Assembly: GCA_964016885.1 (NCBI GenBank) | Contig: OZ024742.1 | Location: 58,156,001 to 58,220,000, forward strand | DNA from: Eledone cirrhosa | Taxonomy: Eukaryota | Length of the DNA stretch: 64,000 nucleotides | Reading direction: 5' to 3' | Part shown: positions 49,889 to 62,565 of the stretch, one piece after another | Position numbering within the stretch: position 1 is the first letter of the stretch | Layout of the letters: every line of letters begins with the position of its first letter | Translations under genes and position numbers: made by a program | Notes under the pieces: model-generated | Database searches by the model: none | Told to the model about the DNA's origin: nothing | Seen by the model: only the letters and a program-made list of their open reading frames with translations

Positions 49889-50002
49889 GGGGTCATCCAG
49901 AAATGACAAATTTTTTTCGCCAGAACTCTTGTGATTGTGATTACGTTAGTCAAATCGCCGAATCCCCTCCTCTTAATTGACTACGTCATTTCTGAACGGC
50001 CC
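49889..50002. mobile_element. 114-bp MITE, PIF/Harbinger-like
   Basis: TIRs GGGGTCATCCAGAAATGAC and GTCATTTCTGAACGGCCC, flanked by TAC on both sides. Confidence 0.7.
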
Positions 50003-50528
50003 TACTTGCGTCAGTATGAAACATTACTTCACTTTTCACTGCTAAAATGCTTTTTAAATACTTCGTTAAAAATTTATGTTTATTATCAAAGCTATTTTTT
50101 GTACCAATCTATCAATAGTTTGCAAAAATATAGGTAAACATGTGAGTTAAATTTTTTTTAATCGCATCGATCGCTTTGTCCCACCGACTGTGACACTGTC
50201 TGACTGACACCTTTGTCGGACCGACACTTTTGTTCAAGCGGACACCTTTGTTCATGCCGGCATCTCTGCGAAACACCGATGACAACAACCAGACCAAAGT
50301 TTCACTTCATTCTTCATTCTTCTTCAAGACCGATCGCCAACCGATCGTATCGGTTGCTCTTCATATACCAGGTATTCAACAGATAGTTTGCACTTCTAGT
50401 ATTATTAACAGTCGTGCAATTTTTTGTACCGATAGGTGCGAATAGTGCGCTATATTTTTGTACCGATAGGTGCGAATAGTGTACAATATTTTCTGAGATT
50501 TGCATCCACTAATTTCGCTTAATTAAAA

Positions 50529-51324
50529 ATGATGTTTCGCGGCTTTTTGATCAGCTTATTCATTTTTTCCATGGCACAGAAATGGAGTATTTCCATTTCG
50601 AATCAAAACTTTTCACTAAAATCGGGCAATTGGACTGATCAAATTCACATTCATGCCAGTTTTTACAAATCCATAATTAGAAATGTGGCGAAATCGAATG
50701 ATCAGAAGGTATAAAAATATTAATTCAAATGTATTTACTTATCATACCAACAAAAATACTTAGATATTTTGTATACCTGGGGCTCGTCAGGGCCAGGTAA
50801 TGTTAATCGCCAACATTGTTATCTGTTGTCCTTTTGTGAAAGTATTGGTGGTTCATGTCGGCTCTAATGATCTGAATCCTCGTCGCACCGTTGGCACTAC
50901 AAAGCTGTGCAAAGTAATACAATAATTTTTGCCCAAGTATTTTTTATTAATCATTTATTTGTAAATTAAGGACAAAGTGCCCATTCGAGGCACAAAACCG
51001 GAAAAACAGGGAAAGAGTCTCTTTGCAAGGCTACAGAAAATAGCGGAAAAGCACCACTGTACACCCATTTTCTAAAGTGGTGTCATTCCACGTCCACAAA
51101 GTGTAATTGAAAATAAAAATGACTTGGGCAAGAGAAATTCTCGTTTGGAAAAGTTTAATTACTGCATGAAAGAAATGATTCAAAAATTGAACTTGCCCAA
51201 TCTTCACAACATTGAAAATTGGTCAAAATTTGACAAATCTGACTTCAAACCAGATATGATTCATTTGAACAATGTTGGAAATCTTAAATTGACACAAATT
51301 TTTGCCAATGTTTTTGCCACCTGA
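50529..51324 (+). pseudogene. Three-exon SGNH/GDSL hydrolase (esterase) gene with one in-frame stop (51073-75)
   Basis: Exons 50529-50708, 50764-50913 and 50971-51324, joined by phase-0 GT-AG introns. Blocks KSIIRNV, CIPGAR, VHVGSND, SGVIPR and DMIHLNNVG. Confidence 0.75.
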
Positions 51325-51504
51325 TCCTTGTTCTATGGCTGACTGACTAATTTTGTGACTTAATAAAATGTCATCATACTAGTAATGCACAATGGTCATT
51401 TTTAAATTTAAATTTTATTAAATAGTTGTTGCTTGCATTGCCTTAAAATAGTAACAAGAATGTACACATACTTTTTAAAAATACATCATTATCAGTCAAA
51501 TCAG

Positions 51505-51864
51505 TCAAATGTCACTAAAAGCCAGGTGGTCGATAACAACTTCTATAAGATTAGTTACATGCTCACACATTGGATCACCTCTCATCAATGGCATTGGGTG
51601 TCTGAGATAATTGTGGAGATAACTGATGAAGTCACAAATGAAGTGATGGTCTTCCAGTGTGAACAACTCCCTATATCCATTGATATATGTGATGGCTTCC
51701 GATTCATAGGTGCATTTTATGAGGAATTCCATGCATCCGATTTTCAGTGATTCAATGGGCATTTTATCAGAGATGATAAGGTATTTGACCACGTTTTGCT
51801 TTGTAAGTAAATTGGAGAGAATCACTGCAGTCAAAGTCATTTCTTTGCATGGGTTTTTGTCCAT
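51505..51864 (-). CDS. Small protein resembling the BACK/BPM domain C-terminal to BTB (SPOP/TDPOZ-like)
   Basis: LTKQNVVKYLIISDKMPIESLKIGCMEFL...INGYRELF matches the pattern L..ENV..IL..AD....LK..C..FI....G...L. Confidence 0.5.
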   Translation of the reverse strand: MDKNPCKEMTLTAVILSNLLTKQNVVKYLIISDKMPIESLKIGCMEFLIKCTYESEAITYINGYRELFTLEDHHFICDFISYLHNYLRHPMPLMRGDPMCEHVTNLIEVVIDHLAFSDI

Positions 51865-52138
51865 TCTAAAAAGTTAAAATGATAAAGTATTACTACTATA
51901 TAACTTACATCTATTGTTGTAACACCATTGAAATGCACAAGTTTCACCAATTCACTATTATGCACTAATCATCTCAAGTGCATTCATGATTTACTAGCTT
52001 TGTCATTAAGCCAGTTGCCTCAACTAGATTGCAATTATACTCAAAAGAACTTTAAAATGTCAATCACTTGTCAGTAATTCACTATGATCATTTAATTATT
52101 AGATAGTTGTTGCTTGCATTGCCTTAAAAAATAGTAGA

Positions 52139-53176
52139 CCAGATAGAAAAATGCGTACAGCAAAAAAAAGTAATATTGTTGGAATATAAACCTTTAAAAA
52201 TACAGGACAAGAAACTAAAATAAAACTTTAAAAGAATAGGACAAGAAACTAAGATAAAACTTTAAAAGAATAGGACAAGAAACTAAGATAAAACTTTAAA
52301 GAATTGTACAAGAAATAAAAAATTTTACAATAATATTAGTGGCAAAATTTTTTTATTCGTTTCCTGTGCTATGCCCCAGTATCTTCTTGATTAGTGCATA
52401 ATAATTGTCATGCCCTCATTGTGCGTTGCCCCTGAGCGGTTGGTTCTGGTTGGGGTTGGTTGGCTGAGCAGTTCTGCTCCGTCAGAATGACCATTGCAAG
52501 AAGAATTGGTCGAAGCAGCTGCAGGTCTCCTCCAAGAATGCACTTCTGGTGCCGCAACACCAGACGAAGATGAAGACGACCGGGACAAGATGTCGACTCT
52601 GACCACCGACTACGGCACCTCCCTCCCTCTGTCCCGTCATCCCTCCAGTCCTCCTGCTGCCCCTTCCTGTACCAGAAAGCTGTGGCACGCATTCATCTGG
52701 ACTGCCGGACTTGAACTCAAGGACAAGATGCAAGGAGAAGATGGACGGGTTGGTCAAGATCAAGGATGAGCGGGCCGACAAGACCGTCCGCTGCTGCTCA
52801 AGATCTGTGCTCATGGGCCCATGGGTCCATTCACATTATGCATGACACATGAGGCGTGTCGCCGAATGATGAAATAGGGGTATGGTTATGGCCCAATTGG
52901 TTTTCAAACCAGGATCAAATGATTCCCCCGGTCTGACGACGACCTCTGAATGTGGAACCCAGAGCCTATGAATGTGGAACTCGATTTTTTACCAATAAAA
53001 ATTTTGCCACTAATATTATTGTAACATTTTTTATTTCTTGTCCAATTCTTTAAAGTTTTATCTTAGTTTCTTGTCCTATTCTTTTAAAGTTTTATTTTAG
53101 TTTCTTGTCCTGTATTTTTAAAGGTTTATATTCCAACAATATTACTTTTTTTTGCTGTACGCATTTTTCTATCTGG
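52139..53176. mobile_element. Foldback-like non-autonomous DNA transposon with long modular TIRs
   Basis: TIRs ~52139-52357 and ~52994-53176 containing 33-bp tandem units. Ends CC...GG, flanking duplication TAGA. Confidence 0.75.
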
Positions 53177-54284
53177 TAGATATATGTATATATATTCTTT
53201 CTCAATTTTGAGTACATTTTTGACCGGCCACCTCCCTGGTGTCAAGGTTGTTAAAGACAAGAAATTTTCATCTCTTGAATCACAATGTTTTTCAAATTTT
53301 GAAGGGGCCGGATATCACGGCCATTTGTAGTCTATGAATTAGGGAGCTGCGTTCTTTGTCCACAAATCCAAGTTTAGTCATACTTTGGTCTACGTGGTTT
53401 GGTATATAACCTGTAGCTCCAATAATAATGGGTATGAAGCTGAAGGTGTATCTTGGATATTGGATCTACAAACTCCTCTTCAATGGGTTGTAGATGTCCT
53501 CCTCCTCCTGTATTTTTCTTACAACGTTGACATCAAGTGGCCAACTAATCTCTACAACAGATCACATTTTCAATGTGTAGTCCTAAACAACAATATCAGG
53601 TCAGTTGTGCTTTAATTTGAGTTTTTATTTTCAGGTTTCACAAGTATTCCTTAGTGTCATCTATCTCAACATATTCTTCCTCATTTGTTTTTAATTTTGT
53701 TTTCCTTGGGGTGTTCCAGATGGTTCTAGCTATCACATTGTATCTCATAGGGAGGTAGTAATGACACAACACTCTTTCGCAGTTGGCAACAATGTGGCTA
53801 ACATCTTCGATCTTTGTTTTACAAAGCCCACATTTATTGTCGACTGATGGCCCTCTTTTGTGTAGCAGATATTTGGTAGTAATTTCTTGTTTCTGTATTG
53901 CATAGATATCCTTCAAGGTGGGATGTCATAAACTTATCGGAACTCCATACCAGGCTCTTTGAATGATTTATCACCTCTATGGTCTGTTTTTTGTCTCCGG
54001 TACCCATACACAACTTTCTCTGCATTGGTACGCTTTTTTAATCTTGTTCAAGCATTGAATAGGATCTTCCAATGTTCCTGGGAGAGAGATTTATATTGGG
54101 CCTTATTCCATGTTTCTCCTCCAGATCAGTAGCTATCCCAATGATATTATTTCCTTCATGTTCATAAACCTGGGCAAGATGGTTACTGACCTTTTTCTTC
54201 TGTTGAAGATGTTGCTTCAGTGTTACTATCTGGGTCTTGTATGATGTTAATATGGATTTTAGACCTCGGCCACCTGTCTTGCGT

Positions 54285-57200
54285 TGTTCATGTTAAGCAT
54301 CACCATAGACAAGACCAACTAACGTCGCCCATTATCTCCCTTGATACAGAGACAATAAGGAAATCTCCTGCCCGAGGAGACACCTTGTATAGACACAGTA
54401 TAATAAAGTATATTGTATTGTTAACACGTCTTTTCAGTCTCTCTCACGTTCTTGATCTTTCATACTAAGTACTCACTATTTCCTTTCATACACAACATAT
54501 ATATATATATCTATATAACAACAACATGGTGTCAGATTACTAAAAGAACCCATCCTACAGAAACGAAAAGAAAAAAGAAGTAAAAATCATACTTCGAAGA
54601 CGAAATGGAAAATCTACCGCATCCAAAAGACCTAGATTTTAATCAAGAAAATCTAGCTGCAGCATGGAAAAAGTGGAAAAAAGAATTCAATCTCTTTTTG
54701 ATAGCAACAGAATGTGACATAAAGCCAGACAAAGTAAAAACTTCAATGTTTTTAACTTCCATCGGTTCCAAAGGCCGAGACATCCATTCTACTCTGGATT
54801 TCGATTCACCCGACGAAGAAATGAACCTTCAAACAGTAATCGAAAAATTCGATGCATATTGTGAACCCAGAAAAAACATAATTTTCCTGAGACACAAATT
54901 CTTCACATGTGGACAAGCGGAACATCAAAAATTCGATGAGTACGTGGTAGAGTTACGCCAAAAGGCACAACAGTGCGAATTCGGCGACCTTACAGACAGT
55001 CTCACCAGAGATATTCTGATATCTGGAATCAGAGACATGAGACTAAGAGAAAGATTATTGAGAGAACCAAATTTAGACTTACAAAAAACAATTCAAGCAG
55101 GTCAGAATGCAGAGCAAACACGACGCCAATCAAGGATGCTGAATGCCACATCCAAAACAAGAGATAACGAAATCTCGGCGATACATAGTCAACACGACAG
55201 AAAAGGCGCCAAAACACAGATAACTCGCCATATGCAATCGAGACGTCAAAACGAGCAAGGTGGAAGTGATAGAAAGCCCGCGAAATTTCAAGCGCCAAGT
55301 CAACACTACGTCACTAACTGTCACTATTGTGGTTACAATCACCAAAGAAATAAGTGCCCAACATTTCACAAGATATGTGAAAAATGCAAGAAAAAAGGAT
55401 ACTATGCAAAAATGTGCAAATCAAGAAAATTTGTACATAAAGTGGAGACACATTCCGACGATGAATCAGATGACGATATACATGCACTCAAAGTGATCAC
55501 TTTAAATAAATCCCGCGTGCATAAAATCGAAAAGTTCAAGACTACAAAAGACATTTGGACGGTCGAACTAAAAGTGAATAACTCGAATGTAACATTCAAA
55601 ATTGATACTGGAGCAGACGTGACCGTACTGCCATTCAGAGAATATAAAAATATTATTCCAAAACCCCAACTGCAAAAACCTCAACTCGATTATCAGCCTA
55701 CAATAACACAGCTATAAAAGTGCTAGGAAAATGCACAGCAGTCGTTAAATACAAAAAAGTATCAAAACAAACAAAATTCATTGTTGCAAAAACAAACTCA
55801 CACGCAGTTATAGATGCAAAGACAGCACATGATCTGAACCTAATTCAGAGAATTTTAAAAATAAATTCGTCGAACGCAAACGACATAACAGAAAAATATG
55901 AAGACTGTTTCGGAGAAATCGGCACTCTGCCAATAACACATCATATCACAGTGGATCCACAAATAACTCCTGTAATTCATCCACCAAGATCGGTTCCTTT
56001 TTCTATAAAAGAAAAACTAAAAAAAGAACTAAAAAAAATGACAGAATTAGGAATCATAAAACCCGTTAGTGAACCTACAGACTGGGTAAATTCCCTAGTC
56101 ATCGTTGAAAAAGCCAACGGAAAACTCCGACTCTGTTTGGACCCCAAGAATCTAAACAAAGCCATAAAAAGGCAACATTTAAAACTCCCTACAGCGGAGG
56201 ACATTTTTGCACAAATGCATAAACCTAAATATTTCTCCAAACTCGATGCATCTAATGGATACTGGCAAATTCCAGTTGACGAAGAAAGCTCCCACCTGTT
56301 AACGTTCAACACACCTTTTGGAAGATATCACTTCACACGACTGCCCTATGGAATTCACAGCGCCAGTGAAGTTTTCCAAAAAGAAATCGCAAAAATAATA
56401 GATGGCATAGAAGGAGCAAGAAATTCACAGGATGACATTATAATCTGGTCCAGCACTTTAGAAGAACACACAAATAGACTACAACAAGTTTTCGAACGAA
56501 TCCGAAAGCACGGATTAAAGTTAAATAAATCAAAGTGTATCTTCAATGCATCACAAATAACGTACCTTGGGCATCTATTAACCAGCGAAGGGATAAAACA
56601 AGATCCAACCAAAGTGCAAGCAATCATTCACATGCCACTACCTACAGGCAAAAAAGAATTACAAAGATTCCTAGGTATGACAAATTACCTATGTAAATTT
56701 TTACCAAACTACTCCGAAGTTACAGCACCATTACGCCAGCTTCTACAGAGTGACACATTATGGTCACTCGACAAACCTCAAATCGAAGCAATAAAAAAGC
56801 TAAAAGAAATGATTACCAGAAAACCAGTGCTACAATTTTATGATCCAGATCTACCAGTAAAAATAACTACAGATGCTAGTAAGCATGGGCTCGGAGCTAT
56901 ACTTGAGCAGAAACACAACGAAAGATGGCTACCTGTTTCGTTTACATCACATGCAACAACTCAAGCGGAACAAAACTACTCTCCGATAGAGAGCGAAGCT
57001 CTCAGTATGGTTTTCGCATGCAAGAAATTTCATCAGTTTATATACGGAACTCATTTCAGAATCGAAAACGACCATAAAGCGTTGAAGCAAATATAAAAAT
57101 AAAAAAATAAAAAAAAAAAAAAAAAAATCGATCACTAAATGCCCCCCCCAGAATCCAAAGATTTCTACTAGCATTACAAAGATACGATTTTGACCTAAAC

Positions 57201-58857
57201 TACATACCTGGTAAAGAATCAGTTGTTGCAGATACTCTATCACGTGCATACCTTGAACAAAATACTCCAGAAGTATCAGACGAAGATATGAAATCGCACA
57301 TACATGCAGTAATAAAAAATTACCACATAACCGACACTAAATTAAACGAGTACAAAGAAGCCACTGCACACGACTCGTCACTACAGACACTCATCACATA
57401 TACAAGAACAGAATGGCCCCCAAAAGACAAAATACCAACAAACATTAAACCATTCGTCTCTGTTCGTGATGAAATATCGATCGTCAATGGCCTCGTTCTA
57501 AAAAGTCCAAGAATCATTGTACCTAAGTCATTACATAGAGAAGCGAGAAGCTCTACAGGAAATACATACCGGACACATGGGTATCGAAAAATACACAGAG
57601 CGAGCCAAGGAATGTATATACTGGCCCGGCATTAACGCTCAAATCAAAGACATGATTAACACATGCTCATACTGCATCGATTACAAAAATCAACAACCAG
57701 CCGAACCACTAATAAATCATGAAATACCTACTACACCATGGACCAAAGTAGGTACAGACATATTTCACCTGTCTGGAAATTTGTATGTCACAATCATTGA
57801 CTATACAACAAGATTTTTTGATTTACACGAAATAAATGATTGCCAGTCAAAAACTGTAATCAAAAGAATAAAAGAAACTTTTGCCAAATTCGGCATTCCA
57901 CAAACAGTTGTCAGTGACAACGGTCCAGAATTCAATTCGGCTGAATTTAAAAAATTTGCAAAAAATTGGCATTTTTATCACACGAAAACAAGCCCACATT
58001 ATCATCAAGCAAATGGCATGGTTGAGAGAAATATACAGACAATAAAAAAGACGTTAAAAAAGGCATTCAAAAGTGGCGAAGAACCTCAATTAGCGCTCTT
58101 AGCATTACGCACGACTAAATTACAAAATGGTGCACCATCCCCTGCAAATCAAATAATGAATAGAACATTGCGAACAAATCTCCCAAACATACTACACGAC
58201 AAAATTGTTCTCAGGCCACACGAACAGAAGAAATCAAAAATTACAACAGAACTCCCAGAGTTAAAACCACACGACACGGTTAGAATTAAGTTCGATAACA
58301 ATTGGTTTAGAAGGGGCAAAATAATTAAAAAACTAGAACAACCTCGTTCATACTTAGTAGTAACAGAGGAAGGTAATACAGTCAAACGAAATAGACAACA
58401 CATTCTTAAAACAAAAGAAAACATTCGCATAACAGAAGAAATAGATTATGAAAATATACTTCCAAATTCAACAAACACGCATGAAAAAACAAAAACAGCA
58501 CAACTACAGAATTCAACACTCCAAAATAATAGAACCACAAAAAGTGGACGACGAATAATTCTCCCCTGTAGATACAGATAAAAAAAAAAAAAAAAAAAAA
58601 AGAAAAAGAAAGGAAGATGTTCATGTTAAGCATCACCATAGACAAGACCAACTAACGTCGCCCATTATCTCCCTTGATACAGAGACAATAAGGAAATCTC
58701 CTGCCCGAAGAGACACCTTGTATAGACACAGTATAATAAAGTATATTGTATTGTTAACACGTCTTTTCAGTCTCTCTCACGTTCTTGATCTTTCATACTA
58801 AGTACTCACTATTTCCTTTCATACACAACATATATATATATCTATATAACAACAACA
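54285..58857 (+). mobile_element. Full-length Mag-like Ty3/gypsy LTR retrotransposon, recent insertion
   Basis: LTRs 54285-54526 and 58618-58857 (TG...CA; one substitution and one TA-unit difference). TSD GCGT, PBS TGGTGTCAGA (tRNA-Leu-like), and a purine tract before the 3' LTR. Confidence 0.96.
54605..58581 (+). pseudogene. gag-pol polyprotein (gag, double zinc knuckle, protease, RT, RNase H, integrase) with frameshifts
   Basis: FKIDTGAD, SQDDII, TTDAS, ENDHKAL, HTGHMG..C..C, VVSDNGPEF and NGMVER. Confidence 0.93.
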
Positions 58858-59616
58858 GCGTGAGAAGTATAGCATATCCACATCACCATTGATGTTAAAG
58901 TTTCCAATAACACTGAGCAGCTTGCGAGTTCTTACATCCATCTCACTTAGTTCTTGCAATGACCAAATGTAGGTGTTAGGATTGGCACAGCAAAAGTATT
59001 GTGCGCAACGTACTTGTTGTACACAGAGTTCTGATGACCATATTTTCTTTACTCTCCTGAGGTATTCAGTCCTGGTTCTCTCCTTATTTATGGGTCCATC
59101 ATATCTGACATTCTCATTCAGTCTAACATATCTGTAGTTGTCACCTGACTGTAGAGGTTGTATTGTCAAGTCGTTCATCTCTAGATTTCCAGAAGAGAGC
59201 ACAACCCTTCCACGTTTTACTGACAAGTATGCACATTTGGACTCAGCAAACTTCATTCTAATGTCTGTAGAACATTGTGTAATGAAGTCCAATTGTTTTT
59301 TGATATAGTTGGTTTTAGCCCATACAACTTCAGGTCATCGACAAAGTAAAAATTTCTGGATCCATTTCTATGACCAATTTGTTTTGTGAGCAGGTATGAT
59401 AGTGGCTTTAGTGAGAAGACAGAGAGCAGCACTGAGAAGTTATCACCCTGAAAGATGCCTTTCTGGTAGTGTATCATATCAACCTCAATTTGCTCCTTCT
59501 CACCCCTAAGGATCAAATTGGTGTACCAGTTCTTGGTCAGATGTTCAACAGCAGCTATTAGTGGTTGTGGGACTTTGGCTAACTGTAAAGCTTTAATAAT
59601 CCATCCATGAGGTACA

Positions 59617-60036
59617 TTTAGTAAAAGTTATTATGCAGATATTATTATAACAGTTGTTGTTGAAAGAATAAGAATGGCTGATTTACTTTTTGTACAAAGG
59701 TTTACTTCATTGAAGTCAAAAGAGAACAATAAACATATTACCAATGAGTTACGAAAGTTGTTGATGCTATCTGTGTAGTTGGTTCATGAGGTTGTTAGTG
59801 AGAGAGTTGCTCTTGGCATGTTCACGTCACGTGTTGTGGATGAAGTCCGAAGTGGAGAAGGCGAAGTCGCATCCGTTCTCCAGGGCTGCTGCGGTGTAAG
59901 AGAGAGCGCCATCTCGCTGTCTCAATGTATAGTCCCCATGGGGACGTAACTCTAATTACTTCTGAGTTCTCAACGCTAGGGGTCACTACAGTCCCCAAGG
60001 ACTCATTACTTCTGGATTTCACCGCTAAGGGTCACA
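59617..60036 (-). repeat. Gypsy LTR (CsRn1-like family), inverted relative to 62743-63173
   Basis: The reverse complement aligns along its length with 62743-63173 and ends ...ACTAAA. Confidence 0.85.
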
Positions 60037-60149
60037 AAAAAAAAAAAAAAGAAAACCATCCCTACCTTCGCCCTCCAAAAAAAGAGGAAAAAAACAAAAA
60101 ATTGAAAAAGTCAACGACCCCACCGCCATACAACCACCTACATCATCAC

Positions 60150-62040
60150 CAACCCTGTTCTTTTAGAAGGGACTCCCGTTATGTTCCGGCAGACGACGTG
60201 GCCAGGCAGTAATGGTGGCAACAACACCTGGCTCTTCCAAACCTAGCCACCTGTTTCACATTAGCGACCGATCAACCGGTGTCCGTTTTCTGGTGGACAC
60301 CGGAGCGGAGGTTAGCGTAATACCATCATCTCTGGTGCCAGGTAATAGGAAACCCACAACAGTCCTTCTCAAGGCGGAGAACCATTCTGCTATACCCACA
60401 TGTGGGAAAAGTCCTTAACCATTAATCTTGGGCTCCGCCGAGTTTTCCAGTGGGTTTTTGTCATTGCCAAGTTGCCAACTCGGTCTCCTGGTGGACATTA
60501 AACACAACAGACTGATTGATTCCACCGGTGGCTTCAATGTTCGCGGTATCAGCACTAAGGCCAGTTTTTTTTAACCCAGTGCAATCCGGAGATTCAATGC
60601 TATCCTGCGCAGGCACTCTGACATCTCGCGCCCAATTTTTAACAGTTGGCCAGTGACCCACAGTGTTACGCATCATATCGTGACTGAGGGCCCTCCGGTT
60701 TCTTCTAAACCACGGTGACTCGCTCCTGACCGCACTAAGATCGCTAAAGCAGAGTTCGATCATACTTATCGGGTTTTGTGCGTGTATCGCACAAAACCCT
60801 ATAAGTATCCGGTGCCTCACATACAAGATTTCTCTGCTACCCTACATGGAGCTAGGGTCTTTTGAAAAATGACCTCATGCGGATGTACAACCAGATTCCT
60901 ATTGAAGCTAATGACATTCCGAAAACGGCCATTACAATTCCTTCCAGCCTCAAGTTTCTTAGAATGCCATTTGGTTTATGCAATGCTGCATCAACCTTCT
61001 AGCATTTCATCAACACAGTAGTACGTGGTTTACCCCGTGTCTATGCGTATATCGATGATATGCTGGTAGCCAGCACATCCCATGAGGAACACGAAAGGCA
61101 CCTACAACTGCTCTTTGAGCGTTTTTCTCAGTTTGGTATCATCATCAACCCCAGCAAATGCCTTTTCAGTATTTCTTCCCTTGACTTTCTGGGACATCAC
61201 ATCGACGAATGAGGAATCTGCCCCCTCCATGACAAAGTTAAGTCTATTTTGGAGTTTCCCACTTCTACGTCACTGAGGAAAATATGTGAGTTCCTCGGCC
61301 TCATAATAAATTTTTATCGCCAGTTCATTCCTCACTGTGCAGAGTCTCTCCAGCCACTAACAGACATCCAACGTCAGTGCAAACGGAATAAGCTTATCAC
61401 TTTTGATGACGCCCAAGTGGCTGCTTTTCTGAGAGTCAAGCGGGCCTTATGAGAGGCCACAATGTTGGTTCATCCCAAACCAGACGCACCGCTCGGTCTG
61501 TTCGTCGATGCACCGGATGTCGAGGTTGGTGGCGTACTCCAACAATGTGTAGACAATGCATGGCAGCCAATTACTTTCTTCTCTAGGAAACTCAAACTGG
61601 CAGAAACAGCACATTCAGTCGGGAACTTTTGGCAGCGTACCTCAGTGTGAGACATTTCTGGCACGTTAGAATGTTTGGTGTTATCTGTTTACATGGATCA
61701 TAAACCTCTCACATACGTTCTGTATTCCAAGCCTGACCGCCACTCACCTAGAGAAGTGTGCCTCCTGGATTTTGTATCCTAGTATACTACGGATATTCGC
61801 CACATTAAAGGTTCAGACAATTCAGCAGCAGACACCCTTCCTCGCGCACACTTGGGTGCACTGCACACCTCTTTTTCCATCAGCCTCCCAAGACATTGCC
61901 ACCAGTCAACAGACAGATGGGGAGCTCCTCAAACTCCGAAATCCTGCATCTTCTTCCTTGACTTTCAAACTCCTCCCTCTACCTTTTTCTTCTGATGATA
62001 TTTGGTGTGATATGTCTCCGCCCTTATGTACCCCTACAGC
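60150..62040 (+). pseudogene. Decayed CsRn1-like gypsy pol (protease, RT, RNase H)
   Basis: FLVDTGAEVS, RMPFGL.NAA, YIDDML, DFLGH, FVDA, AWQP..FFSRKL and DHKPL. Confidence 0.88.
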
Positions 62041-62044
62041 ACCA

Positions 62045-62565
62045 ACCGGTTCCACACAGTGAAGAGCTTCCTGTTCTTGCCTTCAATGTCTTACCTCAGA
62101 TAACAAAGAAGATTCATCACCTGAAGATGACACTAGAGATCAAGACTTTTTAGTTGAGACTTTACCTCAGCTATTCTCCCAGGTAGAGCTGAATGATCTA
62201 GTTCGTGACTTCAACCTCGCCAAAAATTCTGCAGCACTGTTGGCTTTCCAACTGAAAAAGAAGAATCTTCTAGAGAAAGGTGTCCGTATAACCTTTTATC
62301 GGAGTCAGCAAGAGTTCCTTTCTTTCTTCACAAAAGAGGAAGAGCTGGTTTATTGCAGAGATGTCAGTGGGCTTCTTAATAAACATGGCATTGAGGAATA
62401 CAAACCAGAGGAATAGCGTCTTTTCATAGACAGCTCTAAGCGTAGTTTAAAATGTGTATTGTTGCACAACGGAAATGTGTATGGCTCTGTCCCACTTGGC
62501 CACTCAAGGACTCTGAAGGAAAAATATGAAGAAATTAAGTTGGTTTAGAAGATACTGTATCATGA
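62045..62565 (+). pseudogene. Chapaev3-like (CMC) DNA transposase fragment
   Basis: PVPHSEELPV, ELNDLVRD, KNLL..FYR, VYCRDV.GL and RLFIDSSKRSLKCVLLHNGN..PLGHS..KEKYE. Confidence 0.8.

Larger units (their letters stand above)
53290..59616 (-). mobile_element. C-terminal half of an R4/Dong/NeSL-type RLE non-LTR element (hosts the Mag gypsy)
   Basis: VPHGWI, GIFQGD, FVDDLKLY and EYLRRVKKIW. LYFSR|KTGGRGL is restored across the gypsy TSD. CCHC motif CGLC..EDVSHIVANC and PDI restriction-like endonuclease. Confidence 0.87.

Noticed and set aside
50420-50482. 27-bp direct repeat (tttttgtaccgataggtgcgaatagtg) upstream of the esterase
   Set aside because: Only two copies. A local duplication cannot be distinguished from a regulatory motif.
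52200-52320. CRISPR-like repeat array
   Set aside because: The 33-bp units are directly adjacent with no unique spacers, no cas genes are present, and the context is eukaryotic.
52391-52814. Overlapping short ORFs inside the foldback element as genes
   Set aside because: No recognisable domain, and open frames on both strands are expected from the higher GC content.
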